From contig LDYB01000004.1 in NCBI GenBank assembly GCA_001442985.1, positions 13,063-77,062 of the forward strand: DNA of 64,000 nucleotides, written 5' to 3'. This document shows, in pieces, positions 8,411-17,548 of the stretch. A program made the position numbers and the translations under genes. The notes beneath the pieces are model-generated. The model made no database searches. It saw nothing but the letters and a program-made list of their open reading frames with translations, and was not told where the DNA came from. The DNA comes from Armatimonadetes bacterium DC (GTDB taxonomy: Bacteria > Armatimonadota > Fimbriimonadia > Fimbriimonadales > GBS-DC). How positions within the stretch are numbered: the first letter of the stretch is position 1; each line of letters starts with the position of its first letter.

Positions 8411-8416
8411 TATACT
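8411..8416 (+). promoter_or_regulatory. -10 box (GGGTATACT) for the P-type ATPase, leaderless-type
   Basis: 8 nt between the hexamer and ATG 8425. Confidence 0.5.
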
Positions 8417-8424
8417 TGCAGAGG

Positions 8425-11121
8425 ATGGCACTTCCCGAAGTGGTTGGAACGGAGCGCCCCGTGTGGCATGCCGTGCCATGCGAGCAGGTGGCGCGTTTTC
8501 TGAACACCAGCCCGAACGGGTTGTCGCAGCAGGAGGCGCAGGCGCGGCTGAACCGCTACGGCGAAAATGTGCTGGAAGAAGCAAAGCCCATCAGTATTTT
8601 TCAGTTAATCCTTCACCAGTTTCAGAGTCCCCTGATTTACATTCTGCTGGTCGCGGCGCTGGTTACGCTCTGGATGGGGGACTATATCGATTCCGCAGTG
8701 ATAGCGGCGGTCCTATTGCTGAACGCGACCGTGGGTTTCGTGCAGGAATACAAAGCAGAGCGCTCCGTGCGTGCCCTGCAGCGGTTGACCGCGCCCCGCG
8801 CCCATGTGATTCGCGATGGGGTTGAGAAGGTGATTGAAAGTCGCCTGCTGGTGCCGGGCGATGTGGTGCTGCTGGAATCGGGCGTGCGTGCGCCCGCAGA
8901 TATACGGCTTTTCTCCGCCACGGCGCTTCAGGCAGACGAATCGTTGTTGACGGGGGAATCGGTTCCTGTGCTGAAGCAAACGGCGCCTGTGCCCGAGACG
9001 ACTCCGCTTGCCGATCGGGTGAACATGGTGTACGCGGGTTCCATCATCACAACGGGGCGCGGGCGGGGCTATGTGGTGGCGACGGGCAAGCACACGGAGC
9101 TGGGCAAAATTACCGAAAGCATCCGCGAGCAGGCAACGCCCGAAACGCCCCTGCAGCGCCGCATGCGCCAGTTTGCCAACATTCTGGGCGTCGCAATTGG
9201 CATCAGCTGTGCGCTGATTTTCGCGCTGGGGCTGGCGCTGGGCAATAGCCCCCTGCACATGTTCAAGGTGGTGGTGGGGATTGCGGTCGCCTCAATTCCC
9301 GAAGGGCTGCCGATTGTGCTGACGATTACGCTGGCGCTGAGTGTGAACCGCATGGCGCAGCGGAACGCCCTCGTGCGAAACCTGCCCGCTGTGGAAACCC
9401 TCGGCAGCACGACGGTCATCGGTTCTGACAAGACGGGTACGCTGACCATGAATCGCATGACGGTACAGGAATACTGGGTCGCAGGTGAGGTGTTTCGCAT
9501 GGAAGCCCTCGCCGAGTCGGTTCGCGAGGACCATGACGATTCGCACCCGTTCCTGCTGGCGCTGCTGACGGGCATTTTGACCAACGAGGCAGATGTGCGC
9601 GAAACAGAGGCGGGCTACGAGATTCATGGCGACCCGACGGAAGCCGCGCTGCTGATGGCGGCGCTTCGGGCGGGGCTACACTACCGCACAGTACGGGCGG
9701 CGCACCCTGTAGTGGGCGAAATCCCCTTCGAGCCAGAACTGCAATATTCCGCCAGTGTGCGCCAGCGGGGCGACGAGCATTGGGTTTTTGTGAAGGGCGC
9801 CCCTGAGCGTGTGTTCCGCATGGCCCAGGCGTGGCTGACCCCCGAAGGGGAGAGACCTTTTGATTCCGCCGCGCGGGAACAGGTTCAGGCGCAGGCGCGG
9901 GCGATGGCGCAGCGCGGGTTGCGCGTGCTGGCGCTCGCTTATCGACGCCTTCCCCAACCGCTGGACCCTTCTGAAGGCGTGCCCGAACCCACCGGGCTGG
10001 TGTTGATTGGGCTGGTGGGTATGATGGACCCGCCGCGCCCGGGCGTGCTGGAGGCAATTCAGGACTGCCACCGCGCAGGCATTCGCGTGCTGATGATTAC
10101 AGGCGACCACGCCGAAACGGCGCGCGCGATTGCCCACGAGCTGGGAATTGCCGACCGCGACGCCCCCGTGCTGACGGGAGTTGACCTGCAACAGATGGAC
10201 AACGCCACCCTTCAGGAGCAGGTCAAACAGGTGAATGTGTTTGCGCGAGTCACGCCCGAGCAGAAGTTGCGCATCGTGCGGGCGCTTCAGGCGAATGGCG
10301 AGGTCGTGGCGGTTACGGGCGATGGGGTGAACGATGCGCCCGCGCTCAAAGCCGCCGATGTCGGCATCGCGATGGGACGCTCAGGCACCGATGTCGCCCG
10401 CGAGGCTGCCGATATTGTGCTGGCAGATGATAACTTCGTGTCTATCCGCAACGCCGTAGAAGAGGGGCGAATCGCCTTTGACAATGTGCGCAACGCCACC
10501 TTTTTCCTGCTCTCCACAGGCATGGGGTCTATCTTGCTGTTTTTCCTGACGCTGCTGGCAGGGCTACCCGTGCCGATGCTGGCGGCGCAGCTGCTCTGGC
10601 TGAACCTGGTCACGAACGGATTGCAGGTTGTGGCGCTGGCGTTTGAGCCGGGCGACCGTAGCGTGCTGTTGCGCAAGCCGCGCTCACGCAACGAAGGGAT
10701 TATCTCGCCCCTGCTGTGGGAACGCACGGTGATTGTCGGCGCCCTGATTGCCGTCGCTACTTTCTGGTCGTTCCAGCAGGAGTATGCCCGAACAGGGAAT
10801 TTGACCTACGCCCAGACGGTGGCGCTCACCACGATGGTGCTGTTCCAGAACTTCCATGTGGGCAACTGTCGCTCGGAGCATCGCTCGGCGTTTCTGTTGA
10901 GTCCCCTGCGCAATCCGTTTCTGCTGCTGGCGGCAATCAGCGCGTTAACGGTGCATGCGCTGGCGCTCTATCTGCCCCCGACGCAGTTCGTGTTGCGCGT
11001 GGCGCCCATCCCGCTGGAGACATGGGTGCAGATGGCGTTGGTGGCGTTGAGCGTGGTGGTTGTGGTGGAGATTCACAAGTGGGTGCGCCATCCCCATCTG
11101 GCGCGCATGCGGGTCAATTAG
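8425..11121 (+). CDS. Cation-translocating P-type ATPase (type II, Ca2+/Mg2+-like; substrate not resolved)
   Basis: ORF 7990..11121 trimmed to ATG 8425, because the upstream part overlaps etfB. Motifs: cation-ATPase-N domain, TGES, DKTGTLT, GDGVNDAPALK. Confidence 0.9.
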   Translation: MALPEVVGTERPVWHAVPCEQVARFLNTSPNGLSQQEAQARLNRYGENVLEEAKPISIFQLILHQFQSPLIYILLVAALVTLWMGDYIDSAVIAAVLLLNATVGFVQEYKAERSVRALQRLTAPRAHVIRDGVEKVIESRLLVPGDVVLLESGVRAPADIRLFSATALQADESLLTGESVPVLKQTAPVPETTPLADRVNMVYAGSIITTGRGRGYVVATGKHTELGKITESIREQATPETPLQRRMRQFANILGVAIGISCALIFALGLALGNSPLHMFKVVVGIAVASIPEGLPIVLTITLALSVNRMAQRNALVRNLPAVETLGSTTVIGSDKTGTLTMNRMTVQEYWVAGEVFRMEALAESVREDHDDSHPFLLALLTGILTNEADVRETEAGYEIHGDPTEAALLMAALRAGLHYRTVRAAHPVVGEIPFEPELQYSASVRQRGDEHWVFVKGAPERVFRMAQAWLTPEGERPFDSAAREQVQAQARAMAQRGLRVLALAYRRLPQPLDPSEGVPEPTGLVLIGLVGMMDPPRPGVLEAIQDCHRAGIRVLMITGDHAETARAIAHELGIADRDAPVLTGVDLQQMDNATLQEQVKQVNVFARVTPEQKLRIVRALQANGEVVAVTGDGVNDAPALKAADVGIAMGRSGTDVAREAADIVLADDNFVSIRNAVEEGRIAFDNVRNATFFLLSTGMGSILLFFLTLLAGLPVPMLAAQLLWLNLVTNGLQVVALAFEPGDRSVLLRKPRSRNEGIISPLLWERTVIVGALIAVATFWSFQQEYARTGNLTYAQTVALTTMVLFQNFHVGNCRSEHRSAFLLSPLRNPFLLLAAISALTVHALALYLPPTQFVLRVAPIPLETWVQMALVALSVVVVVEIHKWVRHPHLARMRVN

Positions 11122-12838
11122 CGAACACGCCTTCTTTGGTTTCCTGAAGCATCTGATAGTGGCGGGCACGGCACTGGTTCATCAGCTCCAGTCGCAGTTC
11201 GTTCTCCACCCCCAGCAGGCGCATGATACGCCCCGCAATCTCAATAAAGGTCTCAAACTCTTCGGGAATCACATCGGTCGCGCCTGCGGCATAGAGCGGC
11301 TCAATTTCCGACACATACCGGGTGCGGGCAATCACATAGACGGTCGGGTTCAGTTCGCGCACAGCGCGCACGGTGTAGCGTGTGCTGATGGGGTCCGAGA
11401 CCGCGATCACGACGGCGCGCGCATGCTCCACGCCTGCCGCGTGCAACACTTCGGGCTGGGCGGCGTCGCCGTAAATCACAGGGATGCCCATCTTCTGCGC
11501 TTCGCGAACCAGCGCGCCGTTCAGCTCCACCACCACGAAGGGGGTGCCAATCTCCCTCAGCAGGTTCGCCAGATTACGCCCGTTCAAACCGAACCCAACG
11601 ATAATGATGTGGTCGCGATAGGGCACGGGCTGGTGTCGCTGCTGACCATAGTGAGAAAAGAGCGAGGCGCGTCCTGTCCAGCGTGCCAGCCAGCGGTAGG
11701 TTCCTGAGAGCAACAGCGGGGTGAGCAGAATGCTCAGCGAAGTGCCCGCCACCAGTCCGTGAACGAGCTCTTCTGGCAACACCCGCATCGCTCGCGCTTG
11801 TTCCATCAGCACGAATGAGAACTCGCCAATATTCGCCAGCACCGCCCCTGCCAACAGCCCCATGCGCAACGGGCGCTTGATGAGCCACGCAATCCCCACC
11901 ACAATCAACCACTTGAGCGCCATCAGCCCGACCGTCCAGCTCAACACCTGCCCCCAGCTTGCCTGAAGATACGCAAGGTCCACCAGCAGCCCCACGGAGA
12001 TGAAAAAGAGCGCCAGAAAGCTGTCGCGAAACGGCACAATATTGGCGGTAATCTGATGGCTATAGGGCGTTTCGGAGATAATCACGCCTGCCACAAACGC
12101 GCCCAGCGCAGGCGAAAGCCCCAGCTTCTGCGTGAGGTAGCCCATTAGCAACGCAATAAACAGCGAACCCAGCACGGGAATTTCGCGCGTGTCGGTGGAG
12201 ACAATCCAGCGCAACACGGTTGGCACGAAGGCACGCGCCACCAGGTAAACCGCTCCCACTCCCACCACCGTCAGCAAGAGCTTGACCCCTATCGCACCCC
12301 AGCCTTCCTGTCCCAGCCGGGACACCAGGGGCATCATTGCCATAAACAGAGGCGCCATCACATCTTGAAAGAGCAGAACCCCCACGGCGAAACGCCCGTG
12401 CGTGCTGTCCAGCTCTTCGCGCTGTTTGAGCAGTTTGATTCCGACCGCCGTGCTGCTGAGGCTGATAATCATGCCCAGCGCGAGCGCCGCGGCAGCCCCA
12501 TACCCCAGCAGCGCCGCCCCCACGGCGCACACCAGCACCGTGATGGCTATCTGGGCGATGCCTCCGCGTAGCACATAGTGGCGCAGCTGCCACAACCGAT
12601 CCAGCGAGAACTCCACGCCCAGCGAGAACAGCAGCAGCACCAAGCCGATTTCCGCCAGCGTGTGAATCGCTTCCGCTTCGCCCACCCAACCCAACCCATG
12701 AGGACCAATCAGCACACCCGTGAGAATGAACCCCACAATAGGGGGAATGCGCAAACGCTGAAACAGCACCACCACCACGATGCTGAGACCAATCACGAGG
12801 AGAATGCTCTCCGCCAGCGAGGCTGTATGCGTTTGCAT
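11114..12838 (-). CDS. Monovalent cation:proton antiporter (CPA2, KefB/KefC-like) with C-terminal TrkA-N domain
   Basis: About 12 TM helices of the Na+/H+ exchanger type, then Rossmann IIIVGFGLNGRNLA...GDAAQPEVLHAAG. Confidence 0.85.
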   Translation of the reverse strand: MQTHTASLAESILLVIGLSIVVVVLFQRLRIPPIVGFILTGVLIGPHGLGWVGEAEAIHTLAEIGLVLLLFSLGVEFSLDRLWQLRHYVLRGGIAQIAITVLVCAVGAALLGYGAAAALALGMIISLSSTAVGIKLLKQREELDSTHGRFAVGVLLFQDVMAPLFMAMMPLVSRLGQEGWGAIGVKLLLTVVGVGAVYLVARAFVPTVLRWIVSTDTREIPVLGSLFIALLMGYLTQKLGLSPALGAFVAGVIISETPYSHQITANIVPFRDSFLALFFISVGLLVDLAYLQASWGQVLSWTVGLMALKWLIVVGIAWLIKRPLRMGLLAGAVLANIGEFSFVLMEQARAMRVLPEELVHGLVAGTSLSILLTPLLLSGTYRWLARWTGRASLFSHYGQQRHQPVPYRDHIIIVGFGLNGRNLANLLREIGTPFVVVELNGALVREAQKMGIPVIYGDAAQPEVLHAAGVEHARAVVIAVSDPISTRYTVRAVRELNPTVYVIARTRYVSEIEPLYAAGATDVIPEEFETFIEIAGRIMRLLGVENELRLELMNQCRARHYQMLQETKEGVFAN

Positions 12839-12868
12839 CCGGAAGACACTCCCAATCCTGAGGGAAAA

Positions 12869-12874
12869 AGTATA
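12869..12874 (-). promoter_or_regulatory. -10 box (CTTGTCGGGTATACT on minus strand) for the CPA2 antiporter, leadered
   Basis: Reverse complement of agtatacccgacaag. The same 15-mer occurs at 14997-15011. Confidence 0.45.
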
Positions 12875-12886
12875 CCCGACAAGGGT

Positions 12887-13609
12887 TCAGGGTTCGTAGC
12901 GGATGGTGTCCGCGGCGCGATAGATTCTGCCGCCGATTTTGAGTTCCACCCACACGGTATGTTCGCCGGCGGTTGCGGGCAGTTGCCACTCCAGTTCCGA
13001 CTGGGGTTTGCGCCATGGCTGCCAGTTCTGTCCATCGGCGCTCAGGCGAATCTCAGAAGCGAGCGCCGCGCCATGAACGAACAGTTTCACCTTGCGGGAG
13101 CGGGTAATCGGGGCGTCGTTCTCTATAATCAGGGGGTAGACGCCCTCGCGTCGGGCGAAAACCACACAGCAAATTTTGGCGGAGAGCGAGTTGGGTTTTT
13201 CTCTCACGCCCACGCCGAGCTCGCGATAGTCTGGCGAGAGCAGAATTTTGCGGTGCTGCTCGCTTCGGAGCCATGCTTCCAGTGCATCGCCCCATGTGGG
13301 CGCGAAGGCTAAGATTTCGCCGACTGCCTGAATCTCATAGCCGCGCTCGCGCAGTCGCTGGGAGGGGCGCCGCCCCTCTTTGTCGTGATGGGTCAGCTGC
13401 CCAGTCTCTGCAATCACTTCCGCTTGATACTGCGCCGCATCGCTGATAATCGGGTTCAGTTTTAGCGGCGGTACGCCATGCGCGGCGCGCAGCGCGTTCA
13501 GCTCCGCTGTATAGGCTGCCAGCGCCGTCGCGTTCTCTGTTGCGTCATAACCTGCGGCTCCAAGACAATAAGCCCAGAGCCACAGCCCAACGAGCCATCC
13601 TTTTCGCAT
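12887..13609 (-). CDS. Secreted CAP/SCP (YkwD-like) domain protein with a C-terminal beta-rich domain
   Basis: ORF trimmed to ATG 13609 (MRKGWLVGLWLWAYCLGAAG signal). NALRAAHGVPPL, HHDKEG, GEILAF, WLRSEQHRKILL are typical of the CAP superfamily. Confidence 0.75.
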   Translation of the reverse strand: MRKGWLVGLWLWAYCLGAAGYDATENATALAAYTAELNALRAAHGVPPLKLNPIISDAAQYQAEVIAETGQLTHHDKEGRRPSQRLRERGYEIQAVGEILAFAPTWGDALEAWLRSEQHRKILLSPDYRELGVGVREKPNSLSAKICCVVFARREGVYPLIIENDAPITRSRKVKLFVHGAALASEIRLSADGQNWQPWRKPQSELEWQLPATAGEHTVWVELKIGGRIYRAADTIRYEP

Positions 13610-13684
13610 ATCACACGCGCCACTGCCTCCATGATAACCCATCCCAGAGGCAGGGCGGTAGGGACTTTTGTCCTGAATTTCCTC

Positions 13685-14989
13685 TTACTTGCTGGCGCGG
13701 ACAGGGCGCATCATTTTCTCAATCGCGTCGGGGTCGTCCGGGAGTGCGGCGGAAAGGTTCACCACGCCCTTTTCGGTCATCATGTAGTCATCTTCAATCC
13801 GAATGCCGATATTCTCGCTGGGGATGTAGACCCCCGGCTCAATGGTGAACACCATGCCGGGCTGGAGCGGCTTGCCCAGATCGGGGTCATGCACATCCAT
13901 GCCCATCATGTGCGAGAGCCCGTGAACGAAGAAGGCGTCTAAGGTGCGTTCCTGTCCGTTTTCGTCACGGGCGCGCAGGGGCGAGTTGCGCAATACCTCC
14001 ACCGCCTTCATGTGCAGGTCGCGCAGGGTCATGCCCGGTTTGGCGTGGCGCTCCACCGCGCGTTTGGCTTCCAGCACCGCCATGTAAAGTTCGCGCTGGC
14101 GTTTGGTGAACTTGCCCGAAACCGGGTAGGTGCGGGTGATATCTGCCGCGTAATAGGAATACTCTGCGCCGATATCGATCAGCACCAGCTCGCCTGCCTG
14201 CATGCGGCGCTTGTTCGCATTGTAATGCAGAATGCAGCTGTTCGGACCGGAGCCGATAATGCATGGATACGCCTCGCGCTCGGAGCCGTGCCGACGGAAG
14301 GTCGCCTGCACAATCGCTTCGATCTCGTACTCATAAACGCCGGGTTTAATGGCGCGCGCCAGATTGCGATGAGCTTCTATTGTCGCCTGAATTGCCTTGC
14401 GAATCAGGCGCTGTTCGGCAGGCGACTTGATAAGGCGCAGCTCCGCCATCGCCCGCTCAATAGAAAGGGGTTCCACTTCGGGGCGAATCTGGCGCAGGGT
14501 GTCGGCGTAGCCCGTGCGGGCATGGCGGTTCATCAGCACCCGCGGATGATGTTGCAGAGCGGTTTCCAGAAACGCCTGCAGTTCCGCCATCGGGCGCACG
14601 GAGCGGATGCCCGTTGCCAGCTCGGTCTCTTTATCGGGCTGGAAAGTGCGCCCCTCAAAAATCTGGGAGATTCGCGACTGGGGTCTCAAAAACAGAATCT
14701 CGCGCTCGCCAGTGGGGCTATCCATCGGCAACACCACCAGCAGGGCGTTCGGCGCTTCCACACCCGTGAGGTACATAAAGTGGCTATCCTGCCGGTAGCG
14801 CATGCGGGTGGGAGCCGGGGGTTCGCTGGCAACCAGCGCCATCTGGTCCGGTTCCAGCTGTTGCGCCAGTCGGGTTCGGCGTTGCGCATACTCGTTAATC
14901 TCGATGCCCCAGAGCGTGCGCGGCTCTGAAACCGCATGCACTACCCCAAAACATAACACCCACAACCAGAAAACACGCCAGCGTCGCAT
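13685..14989 (-). CDS. Xaa-Pro aminopeptidase (M24B) with signal peptide
   Basis: ORF 13685..15472 trimmed to ATG 14989 (MRRWRVFWLWVLCFGVVHA). Motifs: DIGAEYSYYAADITRT, HGLSHMMGMDVHD, EPGVYIP, IRIEDD. Confidence 0.9.
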   Translation of the reverse strand: MRRWRVFWLWVLCFGVVHAVSEPRTLWGIEINEYAQRRTRLAQQLEPDQMALVASEPPAPTRMRYRQDSHFMYLTGVEAPNALLVVLPMDSPTGEREILFLRPQSRISQIFEGRTFQPDKETELATGIRSVRPMAELQAFLETALQHHPRVLMNRHARTGYADTLRQIRPEVEPLSIERAMAELRLIKSPAEQRLIRKAIQATIEAHRNLARAIKPGVYEYEIEAIVQATFRRHGSEREAYPCIIGSGPNSCILHYNANKRRMQAGELVLIDIGAEYSYYAADITRTYPVSGKFTKRQRELYMAVLEAKRAVERHAKPGMTLRDLHMKAVEVLRNSPLRARDENGQERTLDAFFVHGLSHMMGMDVHDPDLGKPLQPGMVFTIEPGVYIPSENIGIRIEDDYMMTEKGVVNLSAALPDDPDAIEKMMRPVRASK

Positions 14990-14996
14990 GCCTGCC

Positions 14997-15002
14997 AGTA
15001 TA
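14997..15002 (-). promoter_or_regulatory. -10 box (GGGTATACT) for the aminopeptidase, leaderless-type
   Basis: 7 nt to ATG 14989, no SD. Lies 13 bp from the divergent box at 15016. Confidence 0.6.
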
Positions 15003-15015
15003 CCCGACAAGTGGG

Positions 15016-15021
15016 TATAAT
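15016..15021 (+). promoter_or_regulatory. -10 box (GGGTATAAT) for the Clp-fold protease, leaderless-type
   Basis: 7 nt to ATG 15029, no SD. Confidence 0.6.
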
Positions 15022-15028
15022 CCTGCAC

Positions 15029-15919
15029 ATGGAAGTTTCGCCCCTGAGTGCCCTGATTTCGCAACTGTTCTGGCTCTTCTTTATCTTTATGATGCTGATG
15101 CCGATGGTGCGCCAGCGGATGCTGGAATCGGCGCGCCTCAGCATGATTCGCCAAATTGAGAAAATGCGCGGCACCCGCGTGATTGTGCTGATTCATCGCC
15201 AGGAAGCGCTTTCGTTTTTTGGCATCCCCGTGTTCCGCTTTATCAGCGTGGAAGACTCGGAAGAAGTGTTGCGCGCAATCCGCATGACCCCGCCCGATAT
15301 GCCGATTGACATCATCCTGCACACGCCCGGAGGGCTGGTGCTGGCGAGCCAGCAGATTGCCTGCGCCCTGTGCGACCACAAGGCGAAAGTAACCGCCTTC
15401 GTGCCGCACTATGCGATGTCGGGGGGCACGCTGATCGCGCTCGCCGCCGACGAGATTGTGATGGACCCGCACGCCGTGCTGGGTCCTGTAGACCCGCAGG
15501 TGGGGCAGTTCCCTGCCGCCTCCATTCTCAAAGTGGTGGAGCAGAAACCCATCAGCGAAGTAGATGACCAGACGCTGATTCTGGCAGATATTTCTCGCAA
15601 GGCGTTGGCGCAGGCGCTGGAGCTGGTGCGCAATGTGCTGGTGGCGAACGGCATGCCCTTAGAGCAAGCCGAGCAGGTGGCGGATAAGCTCACCCAGGGT
15701 TATTACACGCATGATTACGCGATTACCGCCGACGAGGCGCGCGCGATGGGGCTGAATGTGCGCACCGACCTGCCCCAGGAGATTTATCAGCTGATGGCGC
15801 TCTACCCGCAGCCGGTACAGCGCACGGCAGGCGTGGACTATGTGCCTGTGCCCTACCATCCAGAGCCTGCGCCGCCCCAGCCGCAACGCCCCGTGCGTGG
15901 AAGAAGGATACGCAATTAG
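15029..15919 (+). CDS. Membrane-anchored SDH-family Clp-fold serine protease
   Basis: N-terminal TM helix. IILHTPGGLVLASQQIA and YAMSGGTLIALAADEIVM match the serine dehydrogenase proteinase (ClpP-fold) family. Confidence 0.8.
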   Translation: MEVSPLSALISQLFWLFFIFMMLMPMVRQRMLESARLSMIRQIEKMRGTRVIVLIHRQEALSFFGIPVFRFISVEDSEEVLRAIRMTPPDMPIDIILHTPGGLVLASQQIACALCDHKAKVTAFVPHYAMSGGTLIALAADEIVMDPHAVLGPVDPQVGQFPAASILKVVEQKPISEVDDQTLILADISRKALAQALELVRNVLVANGMPLEQAEQVADKLTQGYYTHDYAITADEARAMGLNVRTDLPQEIYQLMALYPQPVQRTAGVDYVPVPYHPEPAPPQPQRPVRGRRIRN

Positions 15920-17475
15920 AGCTGCCAGCGCAACTGCACGCCCTCCGCGCTCAACTGTGCCTGATAAGCCGCGAGAAGCGCAGGCGCTTCGTAAACATGA
16001 TGCGGCTCTGTGCCCTGCTCAAGGCAGAAAGCCAGCAGAGTGCCCACTGCCTCGCCGATATTCCACTCCACAGGATGCAGGCGATAGCAGCCGTTGGTGA
16101 TGTGGGTCGTGCCGATGTTTTTGCATGCGGGTAGCAGGTTGCGCACCCGGATGGGGAGCAACGCGCCCAGCGGAATCTGAAACGGGAGCGCGTCAATATC
16201 CAGATAGGTGTCGCCTCCCGTGGTGGGGTGCAGGTCGATTCGGTAGTGCCCGACGCCGACGGTATCGGGGAACGGCTCGGCGAGCGTGGCGTTGGGGCGA
16301 CAGGCAGCGCTTAAGTGTTGCTCGCAGACGGTGAACCGCGCCCGGATTCGTCGCGCCTCGCGGATGTAGGGCGCTTTCGCCAGCCCGTCGGGCGTGCCCG
16401 TGATGTCGGGACGCAGGCGCAAGCCCGGATAGCCCACCTCCCCATCGGGGCGCGGCGCCTCCGTCTGCAGCCAGTAGAGCAAACTCAGCGACAGCTGACG
16501 CGCCGACTCCAGATGGGCGCTCGCCTCTGCTTCAGGCACATCCAGAATGTTGCCCTCAAAATAATCGTTCTGGGGCCAGTTCACAATCGTAACAGGTTCG
16601 GGGGCGAGGTGGGGTTCGTAAATCGCAGGGTTCACAATCTGTCGATAGGTAAAAAGCGCTACGCCCTGTTCTCCGAACAGGCTTAACGGACGCGGCTGGA
16701 GCGTGATGGGATGCACATCCGTCCAGCTGAAAAACGGCGCGTGCCAGAAGGGCGGCTGATAGGCGCGCCAGCGCTCGTACTGGGCAGGCTTTTCAATCGT
16801 GTAATCGCCATCGGGGTCATAGCCGAGCGCCATGCACCATGTGAACGCCTGCATATTATGGGGTTCGGGTTCTGGCTTGGCATGGGGTTCCCCCGTTTCG
16901 CGTTGCGACTCGGCGCCCGTAACATACTCTACGCTCGCAAGGGGAAGCAGGTCGCCCAGCTCGCTGGCGTCCACAAAATAGTCGGCGTACACAATCAGGC
17001 TGTCGCCCGTCGCCGTGTTGAGGAACCGCACCGCACGCACGAAATCGCCTTCGGTGAGCGCCTCTATGGGCTTGTGATGGTACAGCACGGTGAGCCAGCC
17101 GCCCATCTGCGGGTAGGCAAGCATGGCGTTCAACACGGCGACCCCCACTTTCGGCTCGTGGCACAGGCGACTGACCCAGCCCCCGCCGGGGTTCAGGTAG
17201 GGGTCTTCCCGCGCGGCAGGTTTGAGCGGGTAGTAGCGACGGTAGTAATCGCGCACCGCCTCGCGATAGGCGCGGTAGCGTTGGGTACAGCCCTGCTCTT
17301 CGATCCAGCGATGTTCGTCGGGTGGCACGGCTTGCGTGGTGAGCTGCCCGCCCAGCCAGTCGGTTGGCTCCGTCAGAATCGTTGGAATACGGTGGCTGGC
17401 GAGCGCGAGGGCGCAGGCGCAGCCGCCCACGCCGCCGCCCACAATCAACACGCGGGTACGCACTTCGCGCTCCAT
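15916..17475 (-). CDS. FAD-dependent oxidoreductase (FAD_oxidored family)
   Basis: ORF trimmed to ATG 17475. VLIVGGGVGGCACALALA dinucleotide fold, then a long family-specific body. Confidence 0.8.
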   Translation of the reverse strand: MEREVRTRVLIVGGGVGGCACALALASHRIPTILTEPTDWLGGQLTTQAVPPDEHRWIEEQGCTQRYRAYREAVRDYYRRYYPLKPAAREDPYLNPGGGWVSRLCHEPKVGVAVLNAMLAYPQMGGWLTVLYHHKPIEALTEGDFVRAVRFLNTATGDSLIVYADYFVDASELGDLLPLASVEYVTGAESQRETGEPHAKPEPEPHNMQAFTWCMALGYDPDGDYTIEKPAQYERWRAYQPPFWHAPFFSWTDVHPITLQPRPLSLFGEQGVALFTYRQIVNPAIYEPHLAPEPVTIVNWPQNDYFEGNILDVPEAEASAHLESARQLSLSLLYWLQTEAPRPDGEVGYPGLRLRPDITGTPDGLAKAPYIREARRIRARFTVCEQHLSAACRPNATLAEPFPDTVGVGHYRIDLHPTTGGDTYLDIDALPFQIPLGALLPIRVRNLLPACKNIGTTHITNGCYRLHPVEWNIGEAVGTLLAFCLEQGTEPHHVYEAPALLAAYQAQLSAEGVQLRWQL

Positions 17476-17483
17476 CCACGGGG

Positions 17484-17489
17484 ATTGTA
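17484..17489 (-). promoter_or_regulatory. -10 box (AGGTACAAT) for the FAD oxidoreductase, leaderless-type
   Basis: 8 nt to ATG 17475. Confidence 0.55.
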
Positions 17490-17548
17490 CCTGAAAGTGT
17501 CCTGACCTCCAGAAAAAACGGGTAGACTCCGAAAATAGAAACAGGGCT

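Noticed and set aside
7990-8424. N-terminal extensions of tracked ORFs: 7990..8424 on the ATPase, 14990..15472 on the aminopeptidase, 27430..28062 on nuoN, 51473..51997 on scpA, 17476..17673 on the FAD oxidoreductase, 53323..53499 on mnmG, 24017..24157 on lepA, 1743..2015 on wza and 1970..2080 on the propeller gene.
   Set aside because: The extensions overlap neighbouring genes or promoter regions and look non-protein-like. Each is superseded by an internal ATG that begins a recognisable N-terminus (signal peptide or conserved motif) and is preceded by an SD or a -10 box at leaderless distance.
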